From the sequence record KT919973.1: a stretch of DNA of 64,000 bases. One strand, written 5' to 3'. The position numbers were made by a program, and so were the translations under genes. Of the stretch, positions 10,433 to 22,326 are shown piece after piece; positions within the stretch are counted from its first letter, which is position 1, and each line of letters opens with the position of its first letter. The notes beneath the pieces were generated by a model that was given only the letters and a program-made list of their open reading frames with translations, had not been told where the DNA came from and ran no database searches.

Positions 10433-10462
10433 GTTTAAAACCATGAATATGCTTGCTATTAT
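10433..10462 (+). promoter_or_regulatory. Putative sigma70-type promoter, GTTTAA-N18-TATTAT class
   Basis: GTTTAA 10433-38, TATTAT 10457-62 with TGn extension; same arrangement ends repeat copy 2. Confidence 0.5.
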
Positions 10463-10503
10463 TAAACACATAAAGACATTCCCTCTCTGTTTCTTTGTAT
10501 TGC

Positions 10504-10511
10504 TATAAATA
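10504..10511 (+). promoter_or_regulatory. T4-type late promoter for wac
   Basis: TATAAATA, 40 nt upstream of the wac ATG. Confidence 0.85.
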
Positions 10512-10550
10512 GTAGTAAGCTATGTTCATTTACAATACAAGGGAACAAAA

Positions 10551-12233
10551 ATGACAATTCAAAAGCCTATCATTGAAGAGCTTAGATATGTAAATGGTCA
10601 ACCAGATCCTTCTCAACGTCCCGATCAGACTCGAATCAATTGGGCTAAGAACGGTGAAAGCATTAACGGTGCTTCTGGTGACACGACTTCAGACGGTGTA
10701 TTAAACCGCGCAGGAGTACAGATTCAAGAAAACGTTCTAAACTCTCATTACAACACAAAAGCACAGCAAAGCGCAATTGAAGAACTTGTTGATACTGTTA
10801 ACGAACTGACAGGTGGCGGTGACGCTAACTTAGGTTCTCGTGTGTCACAAAACGAGTTTGATATTGATGTACTTGAAGGTCAAATGACTAACGTCATTGA
10901 TGACATCGGTGTACCGAGTAGCGTTGACGTACTTGCAACAGGTCTGCATAAAGGCATCGAAGATGTTGAAGCAGATATTGGTGTTCGTAACAGCCTAGAT
11001 ATTCCAAACGAAGTTGAAAACAACGATACAGTTCGTAAAGATCTATATTTCATCAAGCGTCGTATTGGTAATGACCGTAACTACGATGTCAACGGCAACC
11101 CATCGCCTAGTACAAACCCGACTGGTATGAAATATCAGATCGAAGACCTGTACAACAAAACAGCTACGATCAACGCTGAAATTGGCGAGAACGCAATCCC
11201 GCTTTCAATCAACGGTCGTTTATACGAACTAGAACAAAACTCGCAAGTTGGTTCTGTTGATCAGATTCGTGATGAACTAGGTGAAACGGCAGATGCTGAC
11301 CCTGCTCGTCCCGTGTATCTTCGTCTTGATGATGCTGAAAGTTCTATTTCAGACAATGCATCAGATATTGCATTATTACAACAGGAAGTTGAAACGCCGA
11401 CTACAGGTCTACTTGATCGCGTTAGCGCGAATGAAGTTACAATTGCAGATAATCAGTCACAAATTGGCTCCGTTACTAATTTATTTATTGAAATGTCAAC
11501 TGATATCGGTTCATACGCAGTAGATGACGTGTACTCGGGTAGCATGAAAGCTCGTCTATCGACGTTTAACGACGATATCAATAGATTGTGGGGTCGTTTA
11601 GGGGCTACTGACGCAGAAACTGGCACAGTGTCTTACAGAGTGTCACAGCTTGAGTCTAGTCTAGGTGAGCGTACAAACCCTGTTGAATTTACTGCATGGT
11701 ACACGATTCAAGAAAACCGTGGCTTAGTTGAATCTGCTCAGGCAGACGTTGACGGTCTATTGACTGTAGTTGGTCAGAGTGATAGTGAAGTGGGTACCTT
11801 GCGTGCTCGTGTTCTGGAACTTGAAGCACAGTTGGATCATGCATTATTGTCTTCTGATACTCCGAGTACAGTTGATTTGACAACTACACCTACAGATGTA
11901 TTCAGTTTATTCAATCTTGAGACAGATGTGAGTGGTTACACGTATGCAGGTGGTGTATTGACACGTAACGGTCTATCATTGAGCAAAACGATGTCTATTC
12001 ATTGGGTTGTTGTATCACCAGTAAACACTACAATCACGATTCGAATTGATTTCGATCATGATAACGGCACAAGCTCATCAATCGAGAAAACACGTACGCT
12101 TCGTGCAAACCAAGTTACTCCAGTTACAATCACTAACGTTGCGAATCTAGATGACTTGAGTGAGATTCGAGTATTGGCTAGCACAGCGGCTAACGTTACT
12201 ATCGACCATGAATCATTTGTACTAAAAGTATAA
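10551..12233 (+). CDS. wac: Fibritin / neck whiskers Wac
   Basis: N-terminal PDQTRINWAKNGESINGAS...GVLNRAGVQIQEN motif, long heptad coiled coil; upstream of gp13. Confidence 0.82.
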   Translation: MTIQKPIIEELRYVNGQPDPSQRPDQTRINWAKNGESINGASGDTTSDGVLNRAGVQIQENVLNSHYNTKAQQSAIEELVDTVNELTGGGDANLGSRVSQNEFDIDVLEGQMTNVIDDIGVPSSVDVLATGLHKGIEDVEADIGVRNSLDIPNEVENNDTVRKDLYFIKRRIGNDRNYDVNGNPSPSTNPTGMKYQIEDLYNKTATINAEIGENAIPLSINGRLYELEQNSQVGSVDQIRDELGETADADPARPVYLRLDDAESSISDNASDIALLQQEVETPTTGLLDRVSANEVTIADNQSQIGSVTNLFIEMSTDIGSYAVDDVYSGSMKARLSTFNDDINRLWGRLGATDAETGTVSYRVSQLESSLGERTNPVEFTAWYTIQENRGLVESAQADVDGLLTVVGQSDSEVGTLRARVLELEAQLDHALLSSDTPSTVDLTTTPTDVFSLFNLETDVSGYTYAGGVLTRNGLSLSKTMSIHWVVVSPVNTTITIRIDFDHDNGTSSSIEKTRTLRANQVTPVTITNVANLDDLSEIRVLASTAANVTIDHESFVLKV

Positions 12234-12243
12234 GGGGTAAGTT

Positions 12244-13173
12244 ATGCAAGCGTATAACGCTACATCGCCTCGTGAAATGAAAGATTTGATTTTAAGGCGC
12301 CTTGGTGCGCCTATTGTCAATGTCGAAGTGTCTGAAGATCAGATATACGACTGCATTTCACGTGCGCTAGAACTTTACATTGAATATCACCCAGATGGGG
12401 TGAACAAAACATATTCTATCATTTCATTGTCTGAAGAACAAGCTCAAACAGGTATCATAGATCTTGATATCCCCGCGACTGCGATCACGAAAATTTTGCG
12501 CGGTGAAAGTAGCTTCTTCACTATGGACGGAACTGCGACATACTCATGGTTCAGCGACTTTTTACAAGGTCTAGCGGGTGGTGCAGGACAAGGTTCATGC
12601 AATTCGTATCATCAAGGTATGTTAGGTGGTAGTGGTGGTGGTTTAAGTGATTATTGGAACTTGATGTCATACAAAAGTTTGATGATGGACTTAATGTCAC
12701 CAGAACACGATTACTGGTATAATGGTGTTAACAAACAATTGCGCATCAATGCCAATTTGCAACCGAATGAAGTTGTTGTAGTCGAAGCATATGTTCCTAG
12801 TGCATTGTTAGTTTCTGAATCTGCGACTGGTATCATCGGTAACAAAGCAGCAACAATTGGTTCATATGAAGACACTACAGCGCAAGAGCGTTGGGATGAC
12901 CCGTATGCGATTCTAAGACAGAATAACACAATCGGTAACCCTAACCAGTTCGCTGAACAGAACGCATATTCGGTGCGTTGGGTTAAAGACATGGCTACTG
13001 CTATGGTTAAACAGCTTAACGGTACGATCCTGAAGAAGCACCAAGGGCTTCAATTACCAGGTGGTATTACAGTAGACGGTAAAGAGATTTACGCAGAGGC
13101 AGAAGAAGAAATGAATCGCTTGCGTGAAGAACTTATGTCACTGACCGTTCCGCTTGGCGTATTCATGGGGTGA
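12244..13173 (+). CDS. 13: Neck protein gp13
   Basis: ILRRLGAPIVNVEV, QIYDCISRALELY, LPGGITVDG motifs. Confidence 0.92.
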   Translation: MQAYNATSPREMKDLILRRLGAPIVNVEVSEDQIYDCISRALELYIEYHPDGVNKTYSIISLSEEQAQTGIIDLDIPATAITKILRGESSFFTMDGTATYSWFSDFLQGLAGGAGQGSCNSYHQGMLGGSGGGLSDYWNLMSYKSLMMDLMSPEHDYWYNGVNKQLRINANLQPNEVVVVEAYVPSALLVSESATGIIGNKAATIGSYEDTTAQERWDDPYAILRQNNTIGNPNQFAEQNAYSVRWVKDMATAMVKQLNGTILKKHQGLQLPGGITVDGKEIYAEAEEEMNRLREELMSLTVPLGVFMG

Positions 13174-13176
13174 TTT

Positions 13177-14016
13177 ATGGGAGCATACGACGACAATACA
13201 GGTGGTATGTTCGCTAAGTTGGAAAGTCAAAAAGGGTTTGACAAGATCTACAATGATCATTTAGTCAACCCTTATTTCAACTGGGTAAATCATACCAACG
13301 AACAGAATTTAACAGACATGCTTGTTGCAGAGTCTATCATCAACCGTGGCGTTGAATGTGTTTACATTCGACGTGAAATGCAAAACGTCGATCTTGTATT
13401 CGGCGAAGACCCGTTGAGTAAATTTACAAAGAACTTCAGAATGGCGTTGTATGTTGAATCATTTGACGGGTGGGATGGCGACGGTGATTGGTATAGTAAG
13501 TTCGGTTTTCAAGTTAACGATGAAATGAATGTCTGTATCAACCCAAAACTGTTCGCTCAACAAGGAGATGGCAATCAACCGCTAATGGGTGACTTGATAT
13601 ATTTCCCTCTTGCTAACAGTCTATTTGAGATTAGTTGGGTTGAGAGAGAAGACCCGTGGTATATGAATGGTGTTTTGCCTATGCGTAAGATGAAAATGAC
13701 GAAATTCGTATACTCTGGTGAGGAAATCAATCTTGAGAAGCCAGACGCAGTTGTTGACTCGATTGACGACATTTTAAACTTTGGTCAAGATACTGACGAA
13801 ATGATTGATATTGACAAGATCAATTCACTTGATGGTCGCTGGGACATCGGCATCGAGCAAGGTGATGAAATTACTCAAATTGAAGATGAAGTTGAAAAAT
13901 ACTACGAATCTGAGCAAGTTGTGCCTCAGGGTAGTGATGTTAAACCAACAGACCCACGTCAAGAAGCACCAGTTGGGTTTAGTGTAAATAACAGTAATCC
14001 ATTTGACAGTTTTTAA
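13177..14016 (+). CDS. 14: Neck protein gp14
   Basis: VNPYFNW, LVAESI, FGEDPLSKF, SKFGFQVNDE, GDLIYFP, LFEISWVEREDPWY motifs. Confidence 0.92.
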   Translation: MGAYDDNTGGMFAKLESQKGFDKIYNDHLVNPYFNWVNHTNEQNLTDMLVAESIINRGVECVYIRREMQNVDLVFGEDPLSKFTKNFRMALYVESFDGWDGDGDWYSKFGFQVNDEMNVCINPKLFAQQGDGNQPLMGDLIYFPLANSLFEISWVEREDPWYMNGVLPMRKMKMTKFVYSGEEINLEKPDAVVDSIDDILNFGQDTDEMIDIDKINSLDGRWDIGIEQGDEITQIEDEVEKYYESEQVVPQGSDVKPTDPRQEAPVGFSVNNSNPFDSF

Positions 14017-14025
14017 GGGGGCATC

Positions 14026-15087
14026 GTGAAAGGGTATTTCTATCACAGATCGATACGCAAATACGTTCTCTTGATGGGAAACTTGTTCTCTAACATATAC
14101 GTATCTCGCGGAGATACGTATAGAAAGGTGCCAATTACAGTTTCTTCAAAGGAGCAATTCGTTGCATCTTTGAATAGTCAAGAGCTTAACGGCGACGGTA
14201 GCGTAGCGAATGTAGCTACGCTGCTACCAAGAATTGGCTTGGACATGGTGTCGTGTACTTATGACGCGACGAGAAAAACTAACGTTTCAAACCGTAAGCT
14301 GACACGTGATTATACGGGTGATCGACCTAAATCGAATAAGCTCTTTAACTCAGTCCCTTACGACTTTGAATTTGAAGTCAGTGTTTATACACGTCATCAA
14401 GATGATGCATTTCAAATTATAGAACAAATACTTCCTTATTTTCAACCGCAATTTAACACTATGATTAAAGAGCTTGATGAAAATGAGGTTGTAGTAGATG
14501 AGCGTGATATTCCTATTATATTAGAATCAGCCGTACCCGAAGCGACATTTGAAGGCGCGGCTGGCGATATGCGACATATCGAATGGACATTGAACTTGCG
14601 TCTTAAAGGTTGGTTATACCCACCTACAAATGCTCAGTTCGGTGAGATTAGAACGATTTACTTGAACTTCCAAGACGAAGAGCAATCAATCATTCATGCA
14701 GAACGTGAAGCTGTTTCTAGTTCATGTGACATTGATTGGAGCGTTCGTTCTCAAGTCGATTCTGCTAGTTCAATTAGCTGGCGATATAGAATCGAATCAT
14801 CATACGATGTTGATTGGAATATACGTAGTGATATAAGTAGCGACCTTGATGTTGATTGGTCGAGACGATTTAGCACGAGCGGTAATATTGATGTTGAGTA
14901 TTCGACATATAGTTCAGTGAGCGCATCGAGTGAATTTGATTGGTCTACTCGCTCTACAATTGATAGCGATTATAATATCTACTGGTATAACAGAGATGAA
15001 GTGGGCGCCTCGTACGGTGTAGTTTGGGATCATTCTCGTGAAGCTGTCATTAGCTCTACTGACGTGACGTACAACATTGAAAACTAA
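14026..15087 (+). CDS. 15: Tail sheath stabiliser / tail terminator gp15 with C-terminal repeat extension
   Basis: YFYHRSIRKYVLLMGNLFSNI, LLPRI, IEQILPYFQPQFN, GWLYPP motifs, then about 125 aa of repeats. Confidence 0.88.
   Translation: MKGYFYHRSIRKYVLLMGNLFSNIYVSRGDTYRKVPITVSSKEQFVASLNSQELNGDGSVANVATLLPRIGLDMVSCTYDATRKTNVSNRKLTRDYTGDRPKSNKLFNSVPYDFEFEVSVYTRHQDDAFQIIEQILPYFQPQFNTMIKELDENEVVVDERDIPIILESAVPEATFEGAAGDMRHIEWTLNLRLKGWLYPPTNAQFGEIRTIYLNFQDEEQSIIHAEREAVSSSCDIDWSVRSQVDSASSISWRYRIESSYDVDWNIRSDISSDLDVDWSRRFSTSGNIDVEYSTYSSVSASSEFDWSTRSTIDSDYNIYWYNRDEVGASYGVVWDHSREAVISSTDVTYNIEN
14710..15087 (+). repeat. Nine 13-15 aa Ser/Asp/Trp repeats in the gp15 tail
   Basis: AVSSSCDIDWSVRS / QVDSASSISWRYR / IESSYDVDWNIRS / DISSDLDVDWSRRF / STSGNIDVEYSTYS / SVSASSEFDWSTRS / TIDSDYNIYWYNRD / EVGASYGVVWDHSRE / AVISSTDVTYNIEN. 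Confidence 0.85.
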
Positions 15088-15093
15088 TATGGT

Positions 15094-15114
15094 GGTCTTC
15101 TAAATATGAAGACC
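15094..15114 (+). promoter_or_regulatory. Late promoter variant TCTAAATA inside a 7-bp inverted repeat
   Basis: GGTCTTC-TAAATAT-GAAGACC; TCTAAATA at 15099-15106, 33 nt before the next ATG. Confidence 0.55.
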
Positions 15115-15139
15115 GTCCTTATCTTTTTGGAGAGAAATC

Positions 15140-15688
15140 ATGCCTATCGTAACAGGTGATTTAAGATTTAATAAAAGTCTGCACGTAGTTGCGGCTTCGC
15201 CGGGAAACGGCAACACAAACGATCAAGAAGTTGATTCACTGGGTGGTGGTATCAGTGCTACCGAGCTAGTTTCAGGTCAAGTTCATGATCTTTTCGATGC
15301 GGTACCTTCATCTGAAGCTTCTTCAGGTCGTGTTGAGTATCGCTTAATTTACGTCAAAAATAACCACCCATCGCTAACTTTGTATGATGCAATGGTGTAT
15401 ATGTCTGCCAATACAGCATCGGCAGATTCTACTATCGAGCTAGGTCTAGACCCAGTGGCGCTTAACGGCGTTGATTCGCTTATCACTCTAGATGACGAAG
15501 TTGATTCGGGTACTGAATTGTCAACAGTTATATTCGGTGAACATTCGACATTCGAATCTGGGCTTGATATCGGTAATTTAGCAGCAGGAGAATATCGAGC
15601 AATTTGGGTTAGACGTACTATCAATGCAGGTGCAGCGGCAGCATTAGAAACTGCAACTATTACTGTTCGTGGAGACACTGACGCTTAA
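15140..15688 (+). CDS. Hypothetical beta-rich virion-type protein (182 aa)
   Basis: GGAG SD, late-promoter variant upstream; SLGG..LFD..EA..G..EYR.IYVKN and AIWVRRTI pattern that I recall from phage tail-region proteins. Confidence 0.6.
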   Translation: MPIVTGDLRFNKSLHVVAASPGNGNTNDQEVDSLGGGISATELVSGQVHDLFDAVPSSEASSGRVEYRLIYVKNNHPSLTLYDAMVYMSANTASADSTIELGLDPVALNGVDSLITLDDEVDSGTELSTVIFGEHSTFESGLDIGNLAAGEYRAIWVRRTINAGAAAALETATITVRGDTDA

Positions 15689-15798
15689 TACCTGTTTATA
15701 TCGCTGTGTGCTTAACGTACGCAGCGTTTGTCTATTGTATTGAGTGTTTGTACTCATATTATTGAAAAACGCTCACAGAGCGTTTTAGAGAGGAACGT

Positions 15799-18109
<2,311 letters not shown>

Positions 18110-18110
18110 T

Positions 18111-18118
18111 TATAAATA
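18111..18118 (+). promoter_or_regulatory. Late promoter for gp18
   Basis: TATAAATA. Confidence 0.85.
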
Positions 18119-18155
18119 TTAAATGAACAAACAACTTAATGGTAAGGAAAAATAA

Positions 18156-20171
18156 ATGACTCTTTTATCTCCGGGTGTCGAAAATAAAGAGATTAACCTT
18201 GCAAGTGCTATCGGTCGTGCGTCTACAGGGCGTGCTGCTATGGTGGGGAAATTTGAGTGGGGTCCAGCATACAGCATCACTCAAGTAACTTCAGAGTCCG
18301 ACTTGGTTACTATTTTCGGTCGTCCAAACGACTATACCGCAGCATCATTCATGACTGCGAACAACTTCTTGAAGTATGGTAACGATCTACGTCTAGTGCG
18401 TATCTGTGATGAGTCAAGTGCTCAGAACGCGACTGCATTATACAACGCTGTTGAATACACGCTAGGTGCATCAAACGGCTGTGTTGTTGGTGATGAAATC
18501 ACAATTACTTACTCAGGTGTTGGTCCGCTTACTGAAAAAGGTAAAGTACTTGAAGTAGATGCGGGTAACAACAACGCAGCAACTAAGATTTTCTTGCCTT
18601 CGGCAGAGATCGTTGCGGCTGCTAAAGCTGACGGGAACTACCCGGGCGTGGGTACAGTTACACTACAACCAACTCAAGGTGATATTGCACTTTCTGCGAT
18701 TGAAATTATCGATACTGGTTCAGTATACTTCCCTAATATCGAATTGTCAACAGGCGCGTTAACAGAGATTGAAACTGAAGGCGGTGCACTGAAATATGCT
18801 GATCTAATCGAGAAGCAAGGTTTCTCTCGTATTGCTGCACGTTATGTTGGTAGCTACGGTGACAACATTTCTGTTGAAGTGATTAACTACGCTGACTATC
18901 AGACTGCATTTGCATTCGCGGCTGGTCATACACTAGGTGACATCGATCTACCAATCTACCCAGATGGTGGTACTCGTTCAATCAACCTAGCTAGTTACTT
19001 CACTTTCGGCCCTGCAAACAGCAACCAATACGCTGTAATTGTTCGCGTATCTGGTGAAGTTGAAGAAGCGTTCATCGTTTCTACGAACCCAGGTGACAAA
19101 GACGTGAACGGTCAATCTATTTTCATCGACGAGTACTTTGAAAATAGCGGTTCTGCGTACATCACTGCGATAGCAGAGGGTTGGAATACTGGCTCAGGTG
19201 CATACAATCTTGGTGGTGGTTACGACGCTAACGCTGGCGCAGACGACTGGATGCTTGGTCTAGATATGCTATCTGACCCAGAAGTGCTTTACACAAACTT
19301 GATCATTGCGGGTAATGCTGCGGCAGAAGAGCTATCAATTGCATCGACTGTTCAGAAATACGCGATTGACTCAGTTGGTAATGTACGTCAAGACTGTGTT
19401 GTTTTCGTATCGCCACCGGGTGTTCACGTAATCAACAAACAAGCGCATGTTGCAGTAGCGAATATTCAAGGCTGGCGCACGGGTATCGACCCGACTAACG
19501 GTCAACCTGTAACTGACAATCTAAACGTAAGCACGACTTATGCAGTGGTTGACGGTAACTATAAGTATCAGTACGACAAGTACTCAGATCGCAATCGTTG
19601 GGTTCCTCTAGCGGGTGATATTGCAGGTCTATGTGCTTACACTGACCAAGTTTCTCAACCTTGGATGTCACCAGCGGGCTTCAATCGTGGTCAAATCAAG
19701 GGCGTAAACCGTCTAGCAGTTGATCTACGTCGTGCTCACCGTGATGCGCTATATCAAATCGGTATTAACCCTGTAGTGGGCTTTGCAGGTCAAGGCTTCG
19801 TACTATACGGTGATAAGACTGCTACACAGCAAGCAAGTGCATTTGACCGCATTAACGTGCGTCGTCTGTTCAACTTGCTGAAGAAAGCGATCTCAGATGC
19901 TGCTAAGTATCGTCTATTCGAATTGAACGATGAGTTCACACGCTCAAGCTTCAAATCAGAAATCGACGCTTACTTGACTAACATTCAAGATCTAGGCGGT
20001 ATTTACGATTTCCGTGTTGTATGTGATGAGACAAACAACCCAGGGTCTGTCATCGACAGAAACGAGTTTGTAGCAAGTATCTACGTGAAACCTGCTAAGT
20101 CAATCAACTACATTACGCTGAACTTCGTAGCAACGTCAACTGACGCTGACTTTGCAGAAATCATCGGCTAA
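18156..20171 (+). CDS. 18: Tail sheath protein gp18
   Basis: LLSPGVENKEI, FEWGP, PWMSPAGFNRG, FDRINVRRLF, KPAKSINYITLNFVAT. Confidence 0.97.
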   Translation: MTLLSPGVENKEINLASAIGRASTGRAAMVGKFEWGPAYSITQVTSESDLVTIFGRPNDYTAASFMTANNFLKYGNDLRLVRICDESSAQNATALYNAVEYTLGASNGCVVGDEITITYSGVGPLTEKGKVLEVDAGNNNAATKIFLPSAEIVAAAKADGNYPGVGTVTLQPTQGDIALSAIEIIDTGSVYFPNIELSTGALTEIETEGGALKYADLIEKQGFSRIAARYVGSYGDNISVEVINYADYQTAFAFAAGHTLGDIDLPIYPDGGTRSINLASYFTFGPANSNQYAVIVRVSGEVEEAFIVSTNPGDKDVNGQSIFIDEYFENSGSAYITAIAEGWNTGSGAYNLGGGYDANAGADDWMLGLDMLSDPEVLYTNLIIAGNAAAEELSIASTVQKYAIDSVGNVRQDCVVFVSPPGVHVINKQAHVAVANIQGWRTGIDPTNGQPVTDNLNVSTTYAVVDGNYKYQYDKYSDRNRWVPLAGDIAGLCAYTDQVSQPWMSPAGFNRGQIKGVNRLAVDLRRAHRDALYQIGINPVVGFAGQGFVLYGDKTATQQASAFDRINVRRLFNLLKKAISDAAKYRLFELNDEFTRSSFKSEIDAYLTNIQDLGGIYDFRVVCDETNNPGSVIDRNEFVASIYVKPAKSINYITLNFVATSTDADFAEIIG

Positions 20172-20199
20172 GAGCAATCACGAGGGGCTTTTTAGCCCC

Positions 20200-20207
20200 T
20201 CTAAATA
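20200..20207 (+). promoter_or_regulatory. Late promoter variant for gp19
   Basis: TCTAAATA overlapping the 3' end of the GAGGGGCT/AGCCCCTC hairpin at 20182-20201. Confidence 0.65.
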
Positions 20208-20222
20208 ATAAGGTAAGAGAAA

Positions 20223-20723
20223 ATGGCACTTAATGTAGACAACATTAAAAGAGCTTTCAGTAACGGTGATTTCGCTCGTCCAAACTTGTTCGAAGTTGAG
20301 ATTCCGTATCTGGGACAAAATTTTAAATTCCAATGTCGAGCTTCTTCTATGCCACCGGGCAGCGTTGAAAAGCTTGAGGTCTCATATCAGAACCGTAAAT
20401 ACAACATCGCAGGTGATCGTACTTTCGATGATTGGAACGTTACGGTTTACAATGATGAGAATCACGACATTCGTAAAGCTATCTTGGCATGGCAAGCTCG
20501 TGCAGTAGGCTTAGGTAAAGACATTTCAGGTGAGACGCCAGATCAGTACAAGCGTACTGGTACAATCACGCAATTAGACCGTAATGGCGACCCGACTACT
20601 TCAGCAACTGTATTCGGTATCTTCCCAACAATGGTCGGTGAAGTTGCGCTTGATTGGGACTCAAACAACGAAATCGAAACGTTTGAAGTAACATTCAGCC
20701 TAGACTACTTCACAATGGACTAA
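20223..20723 (+). CDS. 19: Tail tube protein gp19
   Basis: GDFARPNLFEVEI, AGDRTFDDW.VTVYND, LDWDSNNEIETFEVTF. Confidence 0.96.
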   Translation: MALNVDNIKRAFSNGDFARPNLFEVEIPYLGQNFKFQCRASSMPPGSVEKLEVSYQNRKYNIAGDRTFDDWNVTVYNDENHDIRKAILAWQARAVGLGKDISGETPDQYKRTGTITQLDRNGDPTTSATVFGIFPTMVGEVALDWDSNNEIETFEVTFSLDYFTMD

Positions 20724-20728
20724 AGACT

Positions 20729-20749
20729 AGGGGCTTAATTGCCCCTTTA
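20729..20749 (+). terminator. Terminator-like hairpin after gp19
   Basis: AGGGGC-TTAATT-GCCCCT then TT. Confidence 0.6.
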
Positions 20750-20762
20750 TTGAGGTAAAAAT

Positions 20763-22313
20763 ATGTTAGAGTTTATGAAATTCTGGGCGAAAGAAGAAGA
20801 ACAGGAAATACAACAAATCGATAAAAACCCTGTCCGTTCGTTTTCTGCGCCAGATAACGTAGATGGTGCTAAAGAGATTCATACTAACTTATTAGCACCT
20901 CAAATGGGAACTAACTTTATCCCGACTGACGGTCAATCTGCTCAAGGGACTGTACCCGTAAAAGAGTTGATAAAGGGATATCGAGCACTAGCAGAATATC
21001 ACGAAGTCGATGATGCTATTCAAGAAATCGTCGATGAAGCTATCGTTTATGAAAACGATAAAGAAGTTGTGTGGTTGAACTTAGACAACACTGACTTCTC
21101 AGAAAATATCAAGACTAAAATTAACGAAGAATTTGATCGAGTGGTTGGCTTACTACAGATGCGTAAGCACGGCTACAAGTGGTTTCGAAAATGGTACGTT
21201 GATTCTCGAATCTACTTTCACAAAATTCTAGACAAAGAAGATAATATCATTGAGTTGCGCCCGCTAGACCCGACAAAAATGGAACTAGTTCGCGAAATTC
21301 AAAAAGAGACTATTGATGGTGTTGAAGTTGTAAAGGGCACGCTTGAGTATTACGTTTACAAGCAATCTGATTACAAAATGCCGTCATGGATGAGTGGTTC
21401 TTCTCGCTCACAATCATCATTCAGAATTCCGAAAGATGCTATCGTATTTGCTCACAGCGGGTTAATGAAGGGATGTGCTGACGAGCCGTATATTATCGGC
21501 TACTTAGATCGCGCAATTAAACCTGCGAACCAGTTGAAGATGCTAGAAGACGCATTGGTAATATACCGTCTAGCACGTGCACCTGAACGTCGAGTGTTTT
21601 ATGTTGACGTAGGTAACTTGCCAACTCAGAAAGCACAGCAATACGTAAACGGCATCATGCAAAACGTTAAAAACCGCATTGTGTATGATACATCAACAGG
21701 TAAAGTCAAGAATACGACTAACGCAATGTCAATGCTTGAAGATTACTATCTTCCTCGCCGAGAAGGTTCGAAGGGTACAGAAGTAAGCACACTACCTGGC
21801 GGTCAGTCACTTGGTGACATCGAAGACGTTCTGTACTTCAATCGTAAGTTGTACAAAGCGATGCGTATTCCTACATCACGCGCAGCGACAGAAGATCAAA
21901 ATGGTGGTATCAACTTCGGTCAAGGCACTGAAATTTCGCGTGATGAGCTGAAATTCACGAAATTCGTTAAGCGTTTGCAGACGAAATTCGAAACTGTAAT
22001 CACTGACCCGTTAAAACATCAGTTGATTGTAAATAACATCATAACAGAAGAAGAGTGGGATGCAAACCACGAAAAACTGTATGTTGTTTTCAACCAAGAC
22101 TCGTATTTTGAAGAAGCTAAGGAATTAGAGATTCTAAATAGTCGTATGAACGCAATGCGCGACGTGCAAGAGTACGCGGGCAAATATTACAGTCATAAAT
22201 ACATTCAGAAGAACATTTTACGTTTGTCTGACGATCAAATCACTGCTATGCAGAGTGAAATTGACGAAGAAGAGACAAACCCAAGGTTCCAACAAGACGA
22301 TCACGGATTTTAA
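20763..22313 (+). CDS. 20: Portal vertex protein gp20
   Basis: FRKWYVDSRIYFHK, YLDRAIKPANQLKMLEDALVIYRLARAPERRVFYVDVGNLP, EDYYLPRREG. Confidence 0.97.
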   Translation: MLEFMKFWAKEEEQEIQQIDKNPVRSFSAPDNVDGAKEIHTNLLAPQMGTNFIPTDGQSAQGTVPVKELIKGYRALAEYHEVDDAIQEIVDEAIVYENDKEVVWLNLDNTDFSENIKTKINEEFDRVVGLLQMRKHGYKWFRKWYVDSRIYFHKILDKEDNIIELRPLDPTKMELVREIQKETIDGVEVVKGTLEYYVYKQSDYKMPSWMSGSSRSQSSFRIPKDAIVFAHSGLMKGCADEPYIIGYLDRAIKPANQLKMLEDALVIYRLARAPERRVFYVDVGNLPTQKAQQYVNGIMQNVKNRIVYDTSTGKVKNTTNAMSMLEDYYLPRREGSKGTEVSTLPGGQSLGDIEDVLYFNRKLYKAMRIPTSRAATEDQNGGINFGQGTEISRDELKFTKFVKRLQTKFETVITDPLKHQLIVNNIITEEEWDANHEKLYVVFNQDSYFEEAKELEILNSRMNAMRDVQEYAGKYYSHKYIQKNILRLSDDQITAMQSEIDEEETNPRFQQDDHGF

Positions 22314-22326
22314 GAGGTAGCACATA

